DNA from: Candidatus Cloacimonadales bacterium | Lineage (GTDB): Bacteria; Cloacimonadota; Cloacimonadia; Cloacimonadales; JAFGVF01 | Length of the DNA: 64,000 nucleotides | Direction: 5' to 3' | Assembly: GCA_963667035.1 (NCBI GenBank) | Contig: OY762964.1 | Location: forward strand, 2,752,001 to 2,816,000 | In this document: piece after piece, positions 57,892-64,000 of the stretch | How positions within the stretch are numbered: the stretch's first letter is position 1 | How the letters are laid out: each line of letters begins with the position of its first letter | Notes under the pieces: model-generated | Database searches by the model: none | What the model saw: only the letters and a program-made list of their open reading frames with translations | What the model was told of the DNA's origin: nothing | Translations under genes and position numbers: made by a program

Positions 57892-59232
57892 CTCTTGTAA
57901 AACCTTCTTATCAAGCATAAACACTCTATCTGATATAGATTTAACAAATGGCATGTCATGACTAACAATTATTATGGCATGCCCTTTCCTTTTCATTTCA
58001 ATAATGATATCCAAGAGTTTTAACTTGTTATTATAGTCTTGTCCAAAAGTTGGCTCATCCAATAGAATCAACGATCTATTCATAGATTGTACAATTGCTA
58101 GTGAAAGTCTTCGTTTTTCTCCAACAGATAAAGTAAAAGGATTTTGCTCTTTTTGTTCATCTAGATCTATCATTTTAAGTAATGAGATATCTCCATTAAC
58201 TTCATCGATTACTCTAGGATAAATGAAGTGGTTTTCAGGGTTCTGGAATAGAAGAGCAATTTCCATAAAGAGTTTCTTTCGTTTCATTCTAACTATATCG
58301 GTATCTTGAATACGAACATATCCGTTGTATCCCTTCTGTAATCCTGATATTATTCTTAATAATGTGCTTTTCCCTACACCATTACTGCCTATTATAGTAA
58401 TTATCTCACCTTTATGGAGATTAAGGTTGAGGTTTTCATACAAAGTTTTTTGCTTGAATCCAAAACTTAAATTCTCAATTGATAAAAATTTCATGCTTCC
58501 TGGTTTTTGCTCAAGTTGTGGGAATTCTTGTTCCCACTTTATATTATTTAATCCTGATTCAGTCAAAAAACCATTATCATCAATTGAGATTACTCTGTTT
58601 ATATAAGGTCTAAAATATTGTAGATTATGTTCTACAATGATAACAGTCTTATTCTCTACTTGCTTGCTAATAATGTTTAACAATTCTTCAGCTGATTGCG
58701 GGTCCAGAAAAGCTGTAGGCTCATCAAGAAGTAGTATAGACGGATTTGTTATGAGTATTGATAATAGAGCAACTTTTTGTTTTTCACCACCTGATAAGGA
58801 TAATACTTCACGCTCAAGCAAGCTTTCTATTCCATGTTGTTTTGCCAGTTCTATGATACAATCTTTGATTGTATCAGGTTCATATCTAAGGTTCTCCAAT
58901 CCAAATGCCAGTTCTTGCTTAACCGTCTGGTGAATCATTTGAGAAGAAGGATTCTGAAACAGTAATCCGGATTCTATTTTCTCTCTTTCCGAAAGTTCAG
59001 AAACGGATTTACCTCTATACTCAATTACTCCCGAAAGAGTGCCGTTTATTTGTTCGGGGATTAGTCCTTTAAGTGCATATAAAAGGGTTGTTTTACCTGA
59101 TCCTGAATTCCCTTTTAAGAGAATGAAGTCACCCTGATTAATCTTAAGTTCACCCTTCCAGCCAATACCGTTCTGTTGAAACGGGTAGTTAAAAGAAAAA
59201 TCTTTTATCCTGTATATTAATTCTCTTTGCAA
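57883..59232 (-). CDS. Fused tandem ABC ATPase of ECF-transporter type
   Basis: Two NBDs: GNSGSGKTT/FQNP/LSGGEKQK/LDEPT/VEH and GSNGVGKST/FQNP/PFTLSVGEKRR/DEPTFGQD/SHD. Confidence 0.88.
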   Translation of the reverse strand: MQRELIYRIKDFSFNYPFQQNGIGWKGELKINQGDFILLKGNSGSGKTTLLYALKGLIPEQINGTLSGVIEYRGKSVSELSEREKIESGLLFQNPSSQMIHQTVKQELAFGLENLRYEPDTIKDCIIELAKQHGIESLLEREVLSLSGGEKQKVALLSILITNPSILLLDEPTAFLDPQSAEELLNIISKQVENKTVIIVEHNLQYFRPYINRVISIDDNGFLTESGLNNIKWEQEFPQLEQKPGSMKFLSIENLSFGFKQKTLYENLNLNLHKGEIITIIGSNGVGKSTLLRIISGLQKGYNGYVRIQDTDIVRMKRKKLFMEIALLFQNPENHFIYPRVIDEVNGDISLLKMIDLDEQKEQNPFTLSVGEKRRLSLAIVQSMNRSLILLDEPTFGQDYNNKLKLLDIIIEMKRKGHAIIIVSHDMPFVKSISDRVFMLDKKVLQELE

Positions 59233-59243
59233 TTACCAATCCT

Positions 59244-60143
59244 TTATAGATTCATTCCTTGATAAACATCATCTTTGTACAAACGTTCTAACAGCTTATT
59301 TAGCCACAACTTCTTATCTCCATTTATGTTTGTGGCAATTCCGTTTCTTTGTAGATTTGATGTAAAAAGTCTACTGACGGTTTTTTTTAGAGAAAGCTTC
59401 TTCAGAATTTCAATCAGCACGTCAATATACTCATCTATGTTTAACAATTTCACATTCAAATCTGCTAGTTTTGAGCCTTTAAAAGCTACAAGATTATGAA
59501 ACTTAACATCAGTTATAACTCTTTGACTATTGATATATTCGATTGTTAGAAGCATATCATCGTAAGTTTCGTTTGGAATCCCGATTATCAGATGTACTCC
59601 GGCCGTCAAATTTTTGTCTGCAATTCTTTTTAGTGCATCTTCTACTTGAATAAAGCTATGATTTCTATTGAGAAATATAAGACTTTTATCGTTTATAGTT
59701 TGTAGCCCAAGCTCTAAATGTACATTAAATTTCTTGCAAAGCTCCAAGAACTGATCTGAGCAATAGTCAGGTCGTGTGGAAACAATTATTCCTTTTACTT
59801 TTTTTTCGGAATAAACTGTCTCAAACGCTTGTTCTAGTATTTCTAAAGGAACAGCTCCAGTTGTTTCATCCTGAAAATATGCAAGATAACTCAATTCTTT
59901 TCCTACCCCTTTACTAACTTTCCTTATACCGATATCCAATTGCTCTTTTATCGGAATAAAGCTATGATTTTCCGTGAAAGTCGAAGGAAGGCAAAAGATA
60001 CATCCGTTTCTTGCTCTGTTTGGGCATTGCAGACCAAGAGATAAACCTACTTTAAAGGTTTTACCGTCGTATTTTCTCTTGGCGTACTCACTCCAAAGAT
60101 TTATTCTATATTCGAGTCTTTTCCCCTGTCCTTTAACAAGCAC
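59244..60143 (-). CDS. Radical SAM protein, TIGR01212/YhcC-like
   Basis: CPNR...GCIFC, YLAYFQ..T, STRPD, ELGLQT, NRNH, HLIIGIP, VKFHNL. Start revised to GTG 60143 (GGAGG-N8-GTG); the ORF-track extension is read-through of the upstream gene's tail. Confidence 0.82.
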   Translation of the reverse strand: MLVKGQGKRLEYRINLWSEYAKRKYDGKTFKVGLSLGLQCPNRARNGCIFCLPSTFTENHSFIPIKEQLDIGIRKVSKGVGKELSYLAYFQDETTGAVPLEILEQAFETVYSEKKVKGIIVSTRPDYCSDQFLELCKKFNVHLELGLQTINDKSLIFLNRNHSFIQVEDALKRIADKNLTAGVHLIIGIPNETYDDMLLTIEYINSQRVITDVKFHNLVAFKGSKLADLNVKLLNIDEYIDVLIEILKKLSLKKTVSRLFTSNLQRNGIATNINGDKKLWLNKLLERLYKDDVYQGMNL

Positions 60144-61788
60144 CTGCAGATCCTCCACCTGCAGATCCTCCACCTGCAGAACCTGAGCTTGAACCTGATG
60201 CACTACCTCTGGAACCAGATAGATGGGATATAAAAATTGCATAGAAAGCTGAGAACTCAGCAAAGTCCTTGAAGTTAAGTTCAGAAAGTATATTCGGAAG
60301 CTCTATTTTCTCTTTTTTACAATATCTTATGAGTTTGTCATTCAGTCCCAAGACTGAAAAATAAGGGAACACATCTTTTACATAATCTTCATCCACTACG
60401 AGACTCTTATCTCTTATGGAAGATGAGATAAAGTGTTTATAAGCTCTCCATGTTGCTTTCACGTTCTTGCCTTCCGGAGATAAAGTGTTGATGAGAGAGG
60501 CAAACATAAGAGAAAGAAAAGCAGTATCAAATATTAATATAGGTGGTATAAAGCTCCATCCGGTTCCTTTTTCCCACAATATCAACATTGGTATAAAGAG
60601 GATTATGGAAAAAATCAATGTTATGGAAGAAAGAATAAGCTTTCTATTTAATGTTTTTGTCAGCTCTTCATATCCAAGTCCTTCATTAAAAAACTCTTCG
60701 TGAAGCAGTTTTCCAAGAGTCGCCTTGCTATCCTGAGTCATTAGTTTCACAGTGGAAAGTAGAGGTTTCTGTTTCTCTTCTTTCAGTTTCCTGAGCTTAT
60801 CAACAAACTCCATATCAATAGTGTTATCAAGTTTGATTGATTCAACAATATGCCAATCGTAGTCTTTCTTAAATGCTGATTTTATCTGACCATCCACAAC
60901 AACAACCTTCTTCCAAATCAAGTTTAGGAGTTCTCCTCCATAATTATATTCTCTGGATGTCGGGTAATAGATAGTTTTCCATATTAAAAGGGGGTGAATA
61001 CTCTCAGGTAAGTCTTGTGATTCATAAGGTAGTTTCTTGTCTCTGTATACAACTAATGCAAGAACAGTAAAGACTGATCCGAGAATTAATATCACTGAAC
61101 CGAAACCCAAGATTGCATAAAGAGTAGTAAACTCAGACTGGATTAGTTTTATTTTGCCATGCTCCGATTGAGGTAAATGAATAACTTCTTGTGGTAAATC
61201 CAGATTGACTGTGAAGTTCTTTTCTTTTAAATTATTAAATGAGTATATGTAGTTTTTACCATCTTCCGATAGTACAGGATTAAACCTTTTGTTACCCTTG
61301 GTACTAATTCTAGTGTGATCAGATTGGTTGATAATCTTTACTGTCCCTTTTTTAATAATGAAATCATATTCGTCCGGTAACGGTGTCCAACTGAGAATAA
61401 CGGTATCATCTTTAATTATATAAGGTTTGTTAATTAGATAACGCCATACAACAGTTGTTTTTCTATCGTAATAATCGGATAGAAAAACAGCCATCTCTAA
61501 GTCTTTTTTATCTTTAACTTCACATAATTGCGGATTATTAGGATTTAAAAACTCTCCATCATGAATAATCTCAATAAACCTTATCCCATCACTATGCTTA
61601 TCTGGAACCTCTCTGTATAGTTTTCGAAAAGGACCACCCTCTAAATTATATGTCCATTCCTCTTCAATAAGTAAATCGCCGCTTGGCTTTAACTCCGCTT
61701 GTATTTTTAAGTTCTCAATATCGTAAGATTTAGCGTAAACTGAAGCTAATGTCATCAACGTAAGTAGTAATGGTAGTATTTTTTTCAT
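60133..61788 (-). CDS. DUF2207 family membrane protein
   Basis: AAGGAGG plus ATG 61788, signal peptide, AKSY.IE...A.L..SGDL.IEE..TY, TMs, W.AYK.F, FPY...LG, Gly/Ser-rich tail. Confidence 0.8.
   Translation of the reverse strand: MKKILPLLLTLMTLASVYAKSYDIENLKIQAELKPSGDLLIEEEWTYNLEGGPFRKLYREVPDKHSDGIRFIEIIHDGEFLNPNNPQLCEVKDKKDLEMAVFLSDYYDRKTTVVWRYLINKPYIIKDDTVILSWTPLPDEYDFIIKKGTVKIINQSDHTRISTKGNKRFNPVLSEDGKNYIYSFNNLKEKNFTVNLDLPQEVIHLPQSEHGKIKLIQSEFTTLYAILGFGSVILILGSVFTVLALVVYRDKKLPYESQDLPESIHPLLIWKTIYYPTSREYNYGGELLNLIWKKVVVVDGQIKSAFKKDYDWHIVESIKLDNTIDMEFVDKLRKLKEEKQKPLLSTVKLMTQDSKATLGKLLHEEFFNEGLGYEELTKTLNRKLILSSITLIFSIILFIPMLILWEKGTGWSFIPPILIFDTAFLSLMFASLINTLSPEGKNVKATWRAYKHFISSSIRDKSLVVDEDYVKDVFPYFSVLGLNDKLIRYCKKEKIELPNILSELNFKDFAEFSAFYAIFISHLSGSRGSASGSSSGSAGGGSAGGGSAGAC
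60141..60180. repeat. 15-bp tandem repeat (CACCTGCAGATCCTC x2.7) encoding the SAGGG tail
   Basis: Directly visible in the sequence. Confidence 0.85.
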
Positions 61789-62032
61789 AAACACCTCCTT
61801 TATTTTCATTACTTCATTACTTCATCACAATAGTAATGTCAAGTTCAAACAGAATTTTAATGTGTTAAGATTATGGTATATCATATAAGTACATTGAAAC
61901 CTAATATAATTAGCTAATCTATAGCAGATTTTGTTATGTAAAATTGCTTATTATTTGTCTCTATGCTCTGTCACAATTGATAAATGTAACATAAGAATTG
62001 ATTCAGAATTACATGTCCATTTCTTGATAATT

Positions 62033-62076
62033 TGCTCAAGTGTTACTCAAGTGTTACTCAAGGAATTCTCAGGTTA
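62033..62076. repeat. 11-bp-period repeat (TACTCAAGTGT)
   Basis: tgctcaagtgt/tactcaagtgt/tactcaaggaa/ttctcaggtta. Confidence 0.7.
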
Positions 62077-62549
62077 TGAACAGGAATTGTAATAGAGTAA
62101 ACAAAGTGTAATGTTTCTGCCATAATTTAGATAGTATTAAGACAGCAACCGGATTGTTAAAAGGGTATCTAAGGTTAATGTAACAGTTGATCTATAAATC
62201 AATGTTAGCATTTTACCTGCATAAAATCTAAAATAAGGAAAGAATTGGTAAGCTGTTTATTCAATAACTGAGAATTGAATAAGATTGCATTTTAATCAAG
62301 TAAAATGCTTTGAGTTATCTGAATAAGTCAATAGGCTAGAGGTAAAGATTATTTTTATTTGACATAAGATTTTAGAATTCTTTAAATTGCATCAGTGCTA
62401 ACCTGCTAAAAGAGGTAGGATGCTTTATTGCAGGTTATCATGGGAAGCAGTATGATATTGATAATTTTAAAAAGTAAAGGGGACTAAAGCTTTTTAAGCT
62501 TTAATTATCATTGAATAACATTTACTAATTCCATACAAGGAGTTTCCGA

Positions 62550-64000
62550 ATGAAACAATTAACAATTATTGTGTTAATGTTTCTGGCTCTGAGCAGTTTG
62601 ATAGCTGTAACAGAAACAGAACCAAACAACACATGGAACGCTACAGGCGTTCTCACAATTATTGATGGCGATCATGACGGTAGCATTAGCAGCAATGATC
62701 ACGATTATTGGAAGTTCTGGTCAGTTGCAGGGGATAACTTAGATATCAACTGCCTAAACACTTCTACTTCTTTCGACACTTATTTATATCTTTACGATTC
62801 TACCGGAACTAATCAGTTAGCATCAAACGATGATGCCGGTGGAACAGCTCAATCTCAAATCATTTTCACAACTGTAACAACCGGATGGCATTACATCGAT
62901 ATGAGAGGTTATTCTGCAACATCAATAGGTTCATACTTGATGACATTAAGCGGATCAACCCCTAATGACCCTAACATGCCAGGCTTACCTCATACTCCAA
63001 CACCGGCACATAATGAGCTGAATGTTGTGATTACCAATAATGTTCTATCTTGGCAATGGGGTGCTAACACAGAAACCTATGATTTGTATTTCGGAGCTAA
63101 CGCTCTGCCGGCAACTCCGACTGTGGCTGATGCTGTTGCGGATACTGTTAACGGAAATACGTTCAACGCAGGTCAGCTGGAATATGCCACAACTTATTAC
63201 TGGCAGATTGTTGCTAAAAATGCAAACAGTATTTATACAAACACAGCAACATGGTCCTTCCAAACCGAGCTTGGAGCAAGCACTATTCAAATCGGTGACG
63301 GAACAGTAGTAGATCAGCATACTCCTATCGAACCTTATAGTGAATATACTTACTCCCAGGTAATATATCTTCAGTCTGAAATCAATATGCCAACTCAAAG
63401 AATTGAAAAAGTGTATTATCATTATACTGGCAATGGAACACTTACAAGTAGTTTAGATTGGACTATTTATATGGGACACACAAATCAGACTTCTTTTATG
63501 GGAACTGATAGTTGGATTCCATCAAGTTCGTTAACTACAGTATTCGATGGTACCCTCACAACTCCAATGGGTGAAGGGTGGATTGAGATTAACCTCCAAA
63601 CTCCATTTGTATATAACAACTCAGACAATCTCGTTATAGCCATAATGGAAGACACTCCAGGCAGAGCTACAACAAATGAAGACTTCTATTGCGAAACCAC
63701 TTTAGCTACAAGAAGTTTAACTTATTATGATAATACAAATGCTCCTGACCCAATGAATTTACCAACAGGTGAATTAATGAGTAGTATCCCGGAAACCAGA
63801 CTTTTCTTTGGTAATTTACCTACTACTCCTGAATTATCTTATTTCCCTGCTTCATGGGATTTCGGTACAATATTCTGTGACCAAGCTTCTAATCCTACAT
63901 TATGTACTGCACAAAATACAGGAACCGGTATTTTAAATGTTCAATCTATAAGCATTAACGATGCAACAAACTTTACTTTAGTAGATAATAATACGTATCC
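62550..64000 (+). CDS. 3'-truncated large secreted protein (PPC-like domain, FN3-like domain, start of an Ig-like ASH/choice-of-anchor D domain); absent from the ORF track
   Basis: AAGGAG RBS, ATG 62550, MKQLTIIVLMFLALSSLIA signal; ETEPNN...DYW.F...DTYLYLYD...ASNDDAG; YDLYFG...TTYYWQIVAKN...WSFQT; WDFG...NTGTG.L; open to the window end. Confidence 0.88.
   Translation, partial: MKQLTIIVLMFLALSSLIAVTETEPNNTWNATGVLTIIDGDHDGSISSNDHDYWKFWSVAGDNLDINCLNTSTSFDTYLYLYDSTGTNQLASNDDAGGTAQSQIIFTTVTTGWHYIDMRGYSATSIGSYLMTLSGSTPNDPNMPGLPHTPTPAHNELNVVITNNVLSWQWGANTETYDLYFGANALPATPTVADAVADTVNGNTFNAGQLEYATTYYWQIVAKNANSIYTNTATWSFQTELGASTIQIGDGTVVDQHTPIEPYSEYTYSQVIYLQSEINMPTQRIEKVYYHYTGNGTLTSSLDWTIYMGHTNQTSFMGTDSWIPSSSLTTVFDGTLTTPMGEGWIEINLQTPFVYNNSDNLVIAIMEDTPGRATTNEDFYCETTLATRSLTYYDNTNAPDPMNLPTGELMSSIPETRLFFGNLPTTPELSYFPASWDFGTIFCDQASNPTLCTAQNTGTGILNVQSISINDATNFTLVDNNTY

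Noticed and set aside
60144..60263. N-terminal extension of the radical SAM ORF (QVEDLQVEDLQ)
   Set aside because: It is the alternative-frame reading of the DUF2207 Gly/Ser tail.
341..63422. Many 60-156 aa ORFs antisense to or nested in long genes (e.g. 5667-6137, 25858-26238, 63040-63309, 63045-63422)
   Set aside because: They are shadow ORFs of well-supported genes, with no RBS or motifs of their own.

Overview
AT-rich bacterial chromosomal window with no rRNA, tRNA or CRISPR array that I could see. The gene content (a [FeFe]-hydrogenase maturase, many secreted proteins ending in 'NYPNPFNP...WxG...GVY' FlgD/T9SS-like sorting domains, a C25 gingipain-like protease) suggests an anaerobic FCB-group organism, most likely Candidatus Cloacimonadota (inference). 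Housekeeping genes include xseA, hydF, aspA, serA, mtnA, pabABC, purB, ybaB-recR, a MATE exporter and an AsmA-family protein. The standout is a divergent locus at about 40.3-54.6 kb. One arm encodes a 1553-aa surface protein (7 FG-GAP repeats, 9 Ig-like repeats, gliding-type C-terminal sorting domain) and a PorV-like barrel/TPR protein. The other arm is a tight operon: an apparent FliF(ring domain)-TM-FliG(M+C) fusion, MotA, MotB, an ExeA/PrsA-like ATPase, Wzc, an SLBB-LCP protein with degenerate catalytic motifs, and a Wza-like exporter. No other flagellar gene and no glycosyltransferase is in the window. This is a candidate flagellum-independent rotary motor linked to adhesin and polysaccharide export. 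Smaller observations: a 297-bp internally deleted IS3-family element, a dispersed inverted-repeat element, 11-bp-phased repeat arrays, a TPR-sigma54 activator facing a candidate enhancer and promoter, a CHASE2 cyclase lacking the ATP-specifying Lys, and two ORFs missing from the ORF track. All protein assignments come from motif recognition by eye; no database search was run.
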